Shown: positions 8,209 through 16,486 of the stretch, piece after piece | How the letters are laid out: each line of letters starts with the position of its first letter | How positions within the stretch are numbered: the first letter of the stretch is position 1 | Source of the DNA: a virus | Virus record (IMG/VR): IMGVR_UViG_3300025131_000056 | Direction: 5' to 3' (one strand) | DNA length: 52,753 bases | Notes under the pieces: model-generated | Database searches by the model: none | What the model was told of the DNA's origin: nothing | The model's input: the letters and a program-made list of their open reading frames with translations, nothing else | Program-made: the position numbers and the translations under genes

Positions 8209-8528
8209 GCGTATATAATCGAGATATTGAAATCATTGAGGATCTTAAAATCCGTTCTTTTTTTAAATATGTTATAAAAAGAATAAGAAGGGAGTTTAAT
8301 GCGATAGATCAAATGCTTGAAAATGAAGAGCCTTATACTCCCGAGTTGCTTATTGAGAGATTAGAGAGATATAATAGATGGATTGATGGATTAGATATTT
8401 ATTTAGATGCGATAGAAGGAAACATCCCTGATGCGTTTGGCGATCTAAAAAAAGATTTTGAGGAAAGAAATTCTAATCCGTCAGGAAGTGAGGGGTCTTT
8501 TACAAAAAGGATCCCAGTAGACGCTTAA
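8205..8528 (+). CDS. Hypothetical protein
   Basis: 107 aa ORF, 4-bp overlap with upstream gene. Confidence 0.6.
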   Translation: MSVYNRDIEIIEDLKIRSFFKYVIKRIRREFNAIDQMLENEEPYTPELLIERLERYNRWIDGLDIYLDAIEGNIPDAFGDLKKDFEERNSNPSGSEGSFTKRIPVDA

Positions 8529-8667
8529 AAGTAGAAAAAATTAATAGTCTCCTTTTCAAATGAAGAGGGGAATCATCGAGGTCTTCCATTACCTTTATTT
8601 TTGAATTTAAATGTAGGTAATTTTATATGTAAAAATCTTCCTCGCTATTAGAAAAGATAAATATTAT

Positions 8668-8755
8668 GAGCAAGTGGCCGAGTGATCAAAGGCGGGACTT
8701 AGTAGCTACCTCCATACTTTATGTATTACGTAGGTTTGAATCCTATCCTTGCTCA
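8668..8755 (+). tRNA. Class II tRNA-like, probably Leu(TAG), with imperfect anticodon stem
   Basis: GAGCAAG/CTTGCTC acceptor, D-arm GCC...GGC, variable arm ATAC/GTAT, T-arm GTAGG-TTTGAAT-CCTAT; anticodon arm GGGACTTAGTAGCTACC pairs poorly. Confidence 0.6.
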
Positions 8756-8758
8756 TAT

Positions 8759-8853
8759 GGAAGGTTAACGGCAGTAGACTGTAAATCTACTCTGCATTAA
8801 CAAATTGTCGTAATGGACTTAGCAGTAGGTAGGTTCGAATCCTACACCTTCCA
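8759..8853 (+). tRNA. tRNA-Tyr(GTA)-like, unusual: no evident D-arm and long variable region
   Basis: GGAAGGT/ACCTTCC acceptor, GTAGA-CTGTAAA-TCTAC anticodon arm, GTAGG-TTCGAAT-CCTAC T-arm. Confidence 0.65.
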
Positions 8854-8940
8854 ATGGAGATAAAGAATGAGAACACAAGAAGAGATTAACAAATAGTTTA
8901 TAGAACTATAGAACTATAGATAAGGAGATAGATATAATAA

Positions 8941-9243
8941 ATGAATAATACTTCTTTTGATAATATTTTAAATGGCGCAGGTTTAGTACAGAGCATTATT
9001 TCTTTAAAATCTAAAGTAGAAGATTGTGTATTTGAAAATTTAGCAGATATTATTGCTAAGAAAAAGCTACAAAAAATACAAATATATAAATCTGAAGATG
9101 AAGATTTATATTTTTATGGTTATGCTGCTAAACAAATAAGTTTTGGTCAATTCTATTTTGTCTTAGAAGATGAATCTTATGTTAAAGCTACTATGAAAAA
9201 TGGTAGGTTTATTATTGATGGCCCTGTTACTGGACAAAATTAA
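8941..9243 (+). CDS. Hypothetical protein
   Basis: 100 aa ORF. Confidence 0.55.
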   Translation: MNNTSFDNILNGAGLVQSIISLKSKVEDCVFENLADIIAKKKLQKIQIYKSEDEDLYFYGYAAKQISFGQFYFVLEDESYVKATMKNGRFIIDGPVTGQN

Positions 9244-9359
9244 ACCCCTGAGTCTCCTTAAATGAGAGGCCAGGGGAAAGGTTCGTTGTATTTCATTTAA
9301 CTATCGCGATATATAAGCACGCGACAAACATATTATAAATTAAGAAGGAGACAAGTGAG

Positions 9360-11012
9360 ATGCCTATTGTTATTCTTTGGTTCACCACTGGAGCCGCTGA
9401 AAATTCAAGCTACGAGACTCTTACGCCGGATGAGTGGGAAAAAACCGCAGCACCGCCATCGATCCTTTACCATGGAACTCCTGAAGAAGTTGATGTTTTA
9501 AAACCTTTCAATATGTACGATAGCAAGGAGTCGGAAAAGTTCGTATTTGGAACGCCGCTTCGTGAATTTGCCATGGCCTATCTTGGTGACAGGTGGACAG
9601 ACAGGGATATAAATCAAAGTCTTTGGGGCAAAGACGATGATCGCATTATGGAACTTAGCGAAATGAAGCCCGGGGCATTTGACAAAATATATGGTGGCAG
9701 AAAAGGGTTTCTTCATCATGTGCCTCCAGATGGGTTTGAGGACTTTAAAACCTCCAACAAAGAGATGGTAAATAGGGGCGAGGTTACACCTATTGAGACT
9801 GAGATTATCGAGGACGTGCTCGAAGCTCTTAAAAAGGAGCCAAGGGTAGTGCTCAAGCCATACGACATAAGCGATCCCGGGCTGCATGACATTTTAAAGA
9901 GAAGAGCTAAGGCTATGCAGGTTGACCACGCTGGAGTAAATAGAAGAGATTGGTTTGTAGAAGGACTTCACCCGGAGGTTAGAGATCTTTTTCTAAAAAT
10001 TGAAGATAAGGTTTCTTCTCTTGGCATAAGAGCCTCACAGGAGACAAATATGAAGAAAGAAGCTGCCCTCCCTCCTCTTCGCCATAAAAAATGGCAGGTT
10101 GGCCAAGCTCCAATAGACGCAAGCAATCCAGATATCAATATACTTGCATATATTGTAGGACCATCCGGTGCTGGTAAAACTACTTTTTCCAAGAAGAAGT
10201 ATGCTGAAAAATATAGCATACTTCACATAGATGACTATGAAAACTTTAGAACGGGGAAGCCATATAGCATCAACTCTAAAAAGCTGGCTGACGATGTTAT
10301 CAAGGCTACAAAGCCTGTTATTATAGAGGGCATGCACATAGAGCAACCATTTGCTGGGCTTGCTCAGAATAAGATAATTGTAAATCCTGGGAAAGAGAAA
10401 ACACTATCTCAGCGCATTAATAGGGGTAGGCAGTTAAAGGGTTTGCGTACAACAGATGACACGAATCCGGAAGAAGGCAAAAGCCTGTGGAGGATATGGG
10501 ACAATGAAGTGTACCCAGAGGCCAAGAAGCTAATTACTCAGCAAACAAACGCCAAATTGGCTAAGGCTCAGGCAATTACTTCAAGAGAGAAGGGCAAGGC
10601 GCAGATTGAAAAAACTCGTGCTCAGCAGGAAGTAGCCAAAACAAAGAAGATTGTACAGGCAGAAGCATCAAAGAAGAAAGCTGAGCTGGATGCTGAGAGA
10701 AAGAAGAATGTTGCTGCGTTTGATGTTCAGACAGCCTCATTAGAAAAGAAAGCGGCTATTCTTCGTGGTGAGGGTCAGGCTCAAGCAAGACGTTTAAAGA
10801 TGCAGGCAGATGGCGCTTTGAAACAAAAGTTAGATGCTTGGGTTAAGGTTAATCAGGCATATGCGGAAGCATTCTCAAAAGCAAGGCTTGTTCCTGAGGT
10901 TGTAATGGGCGGCAGCGTAGGAAATGGTAAAAATTCTACAGTAGATATTGTAGACTTACTTAAGGCCAAAACAGCAAGAGATATTGCTCTTGAGGCAGGA
11001 TTGAAGAAGTAA
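9360..11012 (+). CDS. Chimeric protein: N-terminal LYHGTP domain, P-loop kinase domain, flotillin/SPFH-like coiled-coil tail
   Basis: SILYHGTPEEVDVL...VFGTPLREFAMAYLGD; AYIVGPSGAGKTTFSKKKY...IIEGMH; C-term KKIVQAEASKKKAELDAE...GALKQKLDAWVKVNQAYAEAF...VPEVVMGG. Confidence 0.75.
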   Translation: MPIVILWFTTGAAENSSYETLTPDEWEKTAAPPSILYHGTPEEVDVLKPFNMYDSKESEKFVFGTPLREFAMAYLGDRWTDRDINQSLWGKDDDRIMELSEMKPGAFDKIYGGRKGFLHHVPPDGFEDFKTSNKEMVNRGEVTPIETEIIEDVLEALKKEPRVVLKPYDISDPGLHDILKRRAKAMQVDHAGVNRRDWFVEGLHPEVRDLFLKIEDKVSSLGIRASQETNMKKEAALPPLRHKKWQVGQAPIDASNPDINILAYIVGPSGAGKTTFSKKKYAEKYSILHIDDYENFRTGKPYSINSKKLADDVIKATKPVIIEGMHIEQPFAGLAQNKIIVNPGKEKTLSQRINRGRQLKGLRTTDDTNPEEGKSLWRIWDNEVYPEAKKLITQQTNAKLAKAQAITSREKGKAQIEKTRAQQEVAKTKKIVQAEASKKKAELDAERKKNVAAFDVQTASLEKKAAILRGEGQAQARRLKMQADGALKQKLDAWVKVNQAYAEAFSKARLVPEVVMGGSVGNGKNSTVDIVDLLKAKTARDIALEAGLKK

Positions 11013-11057
11013 TGAAATAAACTTATTGGCTTTCTTAAGAGAAAGACTTTAGGTTGC

Positions 11058-11103
11058 GAGGAGGAGAATATAATATGTATTATTAATATTTCTCCCCTCG
11101 CGT
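11058..11103 (+). terminator. Long hairpin after ORF 9360..11012
   Basis: GCGAGGAGGAGAA ... TTCTCCCCTCGC inverted repeat. Confidence 0.55.
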
Positions 11104-11173
11104 TTCAAATTTCAATTTTTCAATTAAAATAAACCGGAAAAATCGTTTGTCAAGATTTTTTTTAAAAAAACTT

Positions 11174-11204
11174 TTGACATGAAAAGCGAAAATATAAATA
11201 TATA
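11174..11204 (+). promoter_or_regulatory. Possible sigma70-like promoter
   Basis: TTGACA at 11174-11179 followed by AT-rich TATAAATATATA; -10 spacing ambiguous. Confidence 0.35.
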
Positions 11205-11258
11205 TAAAAAATTCGCGCAGGTAATATTTAACATGCTTTCTTTATTAAGGAGCCAATC

Positions 11259-11768
11259 ATGTTGTCAAAAGATCCATATACTTTAATTAAACATTTGCCA
11301 GACCCTATGGAAATAAGTTTTGAAGACGCAGAAAGATTTATTAAAAAAATAAGTAGTAATATTTATCGTGTGGCCGTTGGACAAGTAAAGCAAGAGCATA
11401 CAAGTCGTAATGGATTCATGGACAAAGAAGGCTCGAAAATTATAACGGTCAAAGTTTTTCATTATAATGAGGCGCTTCTGGCCGAATATAAGATTGTGCC
11501 AGAAATAAAGATTAATCATGATGGAACAATTAATCACATTATAAGATCTTTATTTATTCATGGTGGAATGCCACAAGAAATAGTAGTATATGTTGAGGAG
11601 AAAAATTCTGGGTTGCACTGTGCCAATCTGAAAGTCCTTGGCATTAATGAAACAATATGGGGACCAGAAGAGGAAATTAAGGAGATTGTAGAGGCAATAG
11701 AGCTAATTGAAGAAACGAAGCAAGCTATCCTTGGACGACTGAAGCTGGATGGTATAAATGTATATTAA
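11259..11768 (+). CDS. Hypothetical protein
   Basis: 169 aa ORF. Confidence 0.65.
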   Translation: MLSKDPYTLIKHLPDPMEISFEDAERFIKKISSNIYRVAVGQVKQEHTSRNGFMDKEGSKIITVKVFHYNEALLAEYKIVPEIKINHDGTINHIIRSLFIHGGMPQEIVVYVEEKNSGLHCANLKVLGINETIWGPEEEIKEIVEAIELIEETKQAILGRLKLDGINVY

Positions 11769-11985
11769 ATGTCACAAATGTCACAAACCAATTCATTATA
11801 TTAATATTATCATTTCACCTGATAAGACAATTGAAACTAATATATTAGCTATTGGAAATATGAAACTCCAAGATCTTTGGGGGGCAGATATTAAATGTGA
11901 TTGTGGCCATTCCCATTCTGGCCCGATAATTGATTCTCCAAAGGGAATTCGTATAGGGCAAGCAGAATATGAGGTAATAAAATGA
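11758..11985 (+). CDS. Small zinc-binding-like protein
   Basis: CHKCHKPIHY...CDCGH. Confidence 0.55.
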   Translation: MYIKCHKCHKPIHYINIIISPDKTIETNILAIGNMKLQDLWGADIKCDCGHSHSGPIIDSPKGIRIGQAEYEVIK

Positions 11986-12281
11986 ATAAAGAAGAATTAA
12001 TAAATAAGGCGGTAGAAAAAGTTTTATCTTTTCCTTTAGGTAAGTGGGAATTAAGTTTTAATAGCGAGCTATCTTGTGAAGAAAAAGGTATGCGAATAAG
12101 ACTGAGAAAAAATAATATAATTTCCATTGACAATGAGCTTAAGATCACAGCATTTGAGGGTAATGAGAAAACAGAACAACTTTATGAGACAATTACTGCT
12201 GGCTTTATAGAGATAGCCAAAAAGAAACAAGAAGAAGTGGAAATGCAAGTCTTAAATGATTTCTTAAATTGTAGTTTATAA
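11982..12281 (+). CDS. Hypothetical protein
   Basis: 99 aa ORF. Confidence 0.55.
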   Translation: MNKEELINKAVEKVLSFPLGKWELSFNSELSCEEKGMRIRLRKNNIISIDNELKITAFEGNEKTEQLYETITAGFIEIAKKKQEEVEMQVLNDFLNCSL

Positions 12282-12282
12282 A

Positions 12283-12855
12283 ATGATAAAGATAGCTATA
12301 ATTGGCACAGCAGGTAGAAAAACAGACGGTGTTAAATTAAATCGTACTATTTATTAAGCAATAATAGAAGATGTAAGACATAGATTAGAAATTGTTCGTG
12401 AACCAATACATTTAGTATCAGGTGGCGCTGCATATATGGACCATCTGGCCGTTTTAGCTTATCTAAGAAAATTTCCTAATGTAGAATCACTTGAACTATT
12501 TTTTCCTTGTAAATGGCAAGATGAAATGTTTCAAAGAAATGGAACGCAGAGAAAATCTACTGCTTCTGTATCCAACAATTATCATGAAAAGTTTTCATTA
12601 AAAATGAAAGGAGAAAAAGATACAAGTTTAAAGCAAATACAGAGAGCATTAGATAATGGCGCAAGGTATCATGAGCGAAAAGGGTTTTATGATAGAAATC
12701 TTGATGTAGGATGTGTTGATTATATTCTTGCTTATACATTTGGGAAATCTTTATATCAGCCAAAAGATGGTGGCACATTTCATACTTGGAGTAAATCAAA
12801 AGCTCTAACAAAGATTCACATACCAATAGCTTTAATAGGAGAAAACAATGGCTAA
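12283..12855 (+). pseudogene. SLOG (Rossmannoid)-like protein interrupted by in-frame TAA at 12355-12357
   Basis: MIKIAIIGTAGRKTDGVKLNRTIY*AIIEDVRHRLEIVREPIHLVSGGAAYMDHLAVLAYL..., one continuous frame apart from the TAA. Confidence 0.6.
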
Positions 12856-13021
12856 AGAAGATCTTGAGAAAATTAAAACAGACCTTGATTACGCTAAGGA
12901 CTATCAGCGTTCTGCTAGAAAAAGAGCAGAGCGAGTTGGAGATAAAGAAGGAGCGGCAAGGATTAAAGAGGCAGAGGAAAAGAATGATGAGGTAAGAAAG
13001 AGTTTCGATAGAGACATGTAA
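12848..13021 (+). CDS. Small charged helical protein
   Basis: MAKEDLEKIKTDLDYAKDYQRSARKRAERVGDKEGAARIKEAEEKNDEVRKSFDRDM*. Confidence 0.55.
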   Translation: MAKEDLEKIKTDLDYAKDYQRSARKRAERVGDKEGAARIKEAEEKNDEVRKSFDRDM

Positions 13022-13030
13022 GAGCTAGTC

Positions 13031-13058
13031 TTAAAGGTCACAATTTTGTGGCCTTTAA
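13031..13058 (+). terminator. Hairpin, putative terminator
   Basis: TTAAAGGTCACAA-TT-TTGTGGCCTTTAA near-perfect palindrome. Confidence 0.45.
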
Positions 13059-13147
13059 GCATTAGTAAAGCATTTTACCCAATTATAAATAGGAGAAGGT
13101 TATGGAAAGATTAAAAAATATTATTCTAAAAATTGGTTTGTTAAATC

Positions 13148-13390
13148 ATGGAACAACATAATCTTTTATTTATAGCTCTTGGGGTAATAATTATATTTGC
13201 GATAATATATATGCTAGCAACAATTGACTTAAGCCAGTCAAATAAAAATATTTGTCAAGAATGGTGTCCGGAAGTAATTGAGCACTATAAGCAAAGAAAA
13301 AATCTTATTTGTGGTTGTAAAGAGGGAATAGAACTAAAATACTATATTTTTTCTGACGAGCTACTTAAAGAATTAAATGGTGACATATAA
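13148..13390 (+). CDS. Small membrane-anchored protein
   Basis: N-terminal hydrophobic helix. Confidence 0.5.
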   Translation: MEQHNLLFIALGVIIIFAIIYMLATIDLSQSNKNICQEWCPEVIEHYKQRKNLICGCKEGIELKYYIFSDELLKELNGDI

Positions 13391-13400
13391 AGGAATTGTA

Positions 13401-13864
13401 ATGCCCCAAGAAATAGAAAGAAATTTATAATTGATCCTATAAAATTGTTAAGGTGTGAGAAAAGTTCATTTGTTTTCTCTAATATTATAGTTCAACATTA
13501 TTTAGAGTCTGCTAATAATCAAACTATAAGAGTAAGAGAATATAATAAAAAGACCCATGAGTTATGTATAAAATTTATTCAATCAAAAATGGAACGACAT
13601 GAGATTGAATTTGTTATTGACCAAGATATTGCCAAAGAGCTAATAGAACATTCAATTGGTTTTGTGATTAAAGTTAGACACAAGCTAAAATATGATTCTA
13701 AATTTTGGGATATTAATATTTATATAGATCCACTAGATTTGTATATTGGGGAAGTTGAATTATCCCACAAAGATGAAGAAGTGGAAATTCCAGATTGGGC
13801 AATAAAAGAAGTAACTGCCACTCCCGGATTTTCCAATTATGAACTAGCGACCAGTAGGAGATAA
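13401..13864 (+). CDS. CYTH-domain (triphosphate tunnel metalloenzyme-like) protein split by a -1 frame change at AAATTTA 13421-13427
   Basis: Frame 0 MPQEIERNL*. The -1 frame restores EIER(K)FIIDPIKLL...RVREY...LCIKF...RHEIEFVI...VIKVRHKL...FWDINIYI...IGEVELSHKDEEVEIPDWAIKEVT...FSNYELA. Confidence 0.7.
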
Positions 13865-13866
13865 TA

Positions 13867-14181
13867 ATGAATTCACAAAGAATGATTAATTTGACACATA
13901 AGAAAGCAACAGATATGATTGTTCCAACATCTTTTAATCAGCATCAGACATATCATGGTCATTTGCGTAGAAAAGAAGTATTGGAATTCTGCGATGTTAT
14001 GGATATTCCCAAGCCAGAGAGTTCTTATTTCCAAGTTTTTGTATCAACTGGAATTGATATAGAGGACGAAAAGCTTAAGTTATCGATGACTGCTTTAGCT
14101 TATTCTGATAATGCATGTGAAAATATCTTAACTGAAATTAGTCCTGATATAGAATCAAGAGTAGAATCTTGGTTTAAATAA
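13867..14181 (+). CDS. Hypothetical protein
   Basis: 104 aa ORF. Confidence 0.55.
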   Translation: MNSQRMINLTHKKATDMIVPTSFNQHQTYHGHLRRKEVLEFCDVMDIPKPESSYFQVFVSTGIDIEDEKLKLSMTALAYSDNACENILTEISPDIESRVESWFK

Positions 14182-15237
14182 TTGATAAATTCTTATTTGG
14201 AGGATATGATGGAAGAAAAAAAGTTTAATGTTGGCGACAATGTTTGGATAATACCAGGCTTTAGTGAAGATGCTTTGATCGCCATTAAATGTTGCATACT
14301 TGATATTTTAGATAATGAGGTTGTTCTTGATGAGCCTTTGGGGCACACAATTTCAATCTCCAACCTATTTAATTCTAAAAGTGAAGCAAAAAAAGAATTA
14401 TATAGCAGATGGGACTCTTTGAGGGAAGAAAATAAAAACTCCGCAAGTGCCTCAGTTAATACAACAATTAGAAATTTCAGGAATTATTATATTGAGAAGC
14501 TCGCTTCTTTTAACAATCAAGATGTAGAAGAATATCGACAGGAAACGTGGGAAGGAGAACTTAAATATAAGCGACCAAAAAAAGAATGGTTTAATATCCG
14601 AGACATGAAATTAGAAAGAAAAGCTAAGGGAATTATGAGCGATTTTCATTATAAGAAATTATCAAAGTTTATTGCTTTTCTTCTCAGGCACAGCCCAGAA
14701 TCTGGAAATCTAAAACTGGATAATATGGGAGCTTGTAAAATAGATGATCTATTAAAAGTAGTTCAACAACACATGAAGTTTAAGGTTACAAAAAAGAACA
14801 TTGAGCGTCTTGCTCGTCCATCAAACGACCCTAGAGAAAAACAAAGATATATTATTGAAGGAGAATATATTAGGGCAGGGCATGGTCATTCAATAGAAAT
14901 TACAGATTATAAGCAAGTCTTTCCCACTGAAGATCTTTATCATGGAACGCCGTCTTATATAGTTGATAAAATAGTACAAAGTTCTTTAAGTAAAATGACA
15001 AGAGATAAGGTTCATTTATCTTATGATGAAGCCATTACCTTAGAAGCTGCTAGAAGAAGAAGTAGAAATGTTACATTACTTCGTATAAATATAGAAGATG
15101 CTATACAGGCAGGAATTATGTTTTATGAATCAGCAGATCCGAGAATTATATTATCAGAAGATATTCCTTCACAATTCTTAGAGAAATTAGAAAATGAGGA
15201 ATGGATTAGATTAGTTCCCGAAATGACAATGATATGA
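14182..15237 (+). CDS. kptA: RNA 2'-phosphotransferase (KptA/Tpt1-like) with an extra N-terminal region; start may be 14209
   Basis: KLSKFIAFLLRHSPES, YIRAGHGHSIEI, EDLYHGTPSYIVDKI, SSLSKMTRDKVHLS match KptA motifs in order. Confidence 0.88.
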   Translation: MINSYLEDMMEEKKFNVGDNVWIIPGFSEDALIAIKCCILDILDNEVVLDEPLGHTISISNLFNSKSEAKKELYSRWDSLREENKNSASASVNTTIRNFRNYYIEKLASFNNQDVEEYRQETWEGELKYKRPKKEWFNIRDMKLERKAKGIMSDFHYKKLSKFIAFLLRHSPESGNLKLDNMGACKIDDLLKVVQQHMKFKVTKKNIERLARPSNDPREKQRYIIEGEYIRAGHGHSIEITDYKQVFPTEDLYHGTPSYIVDKIVQSSLSKMTRDKVHLSYDEAITLEAARRRSRNVTLLRINIEDAIQAGIMFYESADPRIILSEDIPSQFLEKLENEEWIRLVPEMTMI

Positions 15238-15280
15238 GCTTAAAAATAGATCAATATCTTAACAAAGAAAAGATTAGGGT

Positions 15281-15652
15281 GTGAAGATATTGAACAAACC
15301 TTTTATGGAGTTAACAAGTAAACAAAGGAGTTTGCTATATAATAATTTTACATTATCCACAGAATCTTTCATGAAAGAAGAGATTGATATAAATGCCGAA
15401 GACATTGATACTTTCATTGCTATTAAAGATGAAAAAATGGTTGGCTGGGCTACTGTAACTGGGTGGACAAAAGAATGGAAGTTGTTTATGGTTTTTATTA
15501 ATCCAAGATATAGAAAACGTGGTATAGCTTTAAAGTTAGCTAAAACTGTAAAAGGTAAATATAAAAATATTGGAATGATCCGAAATGACGATAATAGAAA
15601 TTTTGTTAACATAATAAATAATATAATTGGTATATACATAGAAGAATTATAA
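15281..15652 (+). CDS. GNAT-family acetyltransferase-like
   Basis: AIKDEKMVGWATVTGW...MVFINPRYRKRGIALKLAKTV; the R/Q-x-x-G-x-A-like motif is typical of GNAT. Confidence 0.65.
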   Translation: MKILNKPFMELTSKQRSLLYNNFTLSTESFMKEEIDINAEDIDTFIAIKDEKMVGWATVTGWTKEWKLFMVFINPRYRKRGIALKLAKTVKGKYKNIGMIRNDDNRNFVNIINNIIGIYIEEL

Positions 15653-15668
15653 GACTTAAGTAAGGAAT

Positions 15669-16130
15669 ATGATGGATAATACAATTCAAGCAACTTTTGA
15701 AGAAATAATAAGCGGAGAAAAAAGTTCTTTGAGAAGTAATAGCTCTACAGCATTCTTTAAAAGAATAGAATGTAAAAAAGGAGATCTGTCCATACAGGCC
15801 AGTCATTTTCATTATTCTTTGCCGAGAGACAATATTGGTCCTTATACTCATGTAGAAGTTGGATTTCCTAAACCATTACCAAGTGGGTAGGAAGAATGGG
15901 ATGATGGATATAGTGATAAAGGTGGGGGGAAAGTATATTCTTATGTTCCAGTAGAAAAAGTTAAAGAGTTTATTGACTTCCTTGGTGGCGAGGTTGGAAT
16001 TAAAAATAATAAAGATAATATTAATAATAAGGAAAAGTATTGTATTTGTGGTGGACCAGAAAAAGAATATGTTGGATTTAATAGTAGGATAATGATTTGT
16101 TCTATATGCGGCAAGGATAAAAAATGTTAG
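15669..16130 (+). pseudogene. Gene interrupted by in-frame TAG at 15888-15890, ending in the CxCGGPEKE zinc module
   Basis: ...YTHVEVGFPKPLPSG*EEWDDGYSDKGGGKVYSYVPVEKVKEFIDFLGG...YCICGGPEKEYVGFNSRIMICSICGKDKKC*. Confidence 0.6.
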
Positions 16131-16486
16131 AAGCATATAAAAAAGTTAACGTAACATTTGGAGATCAAGTAAGAGTAGAAACAGGTTATGAAGAATTAAT
16201 CATTAAAGTCATTCATCCAAAAGATGTACATTTCGGTATTAATAATCATGGCGATAAATATGTTTATGGACGTGTAATTGATCCACTTAATTCTTCACAC
16301 GATCTTGATGACATAGATGGTTGGACACCTGATTATTGTAATTTTATTATTATAAATAATAGCAATTGTAGTAATGAAACGAGTAATCAGTTTTGTGTAT
16401 GTGGTGGCCCAGAAAAAGAATATGTTGGATTTAATAGTAGGATAATGATTTGTTCTGCTTGTGAAAAGGATAAGCGAAATGCTTAA
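16124..16486 (+). CDS. Hypothetical protein ending in the same zinc module
   Basis: ...QFCVCGGPEKEYVGFNSRIMICSACEKDKRNA. Confidence 0.6.
   Translation: MLEAYKKVNVTFGDQVRVETGYEELIIKVIHPKDVHFGINNHGDKYVYGRVIDPLNSSHDLDDIDGWTPDYCNFIIINNSNCSNETSNQFCVCGGPEKEYVGFNSRIMICSACEKDKRNA

Noticed and set aside
9244-9275. Rho-independent terminator at CCCTGAGTCTCC...GAGAGGCCAGGG
   Set aside because: Stem is plausible but imperfect and not followed by a T-tract; function not assigned.
12283-16130. Genome-wide stop codon reassignment
   Set aside because: In-frame TAA and TAG occur once each, but most genes use TAA, TAG and TGA as ordinary terminators and no suppressor tRNA was found in the window.
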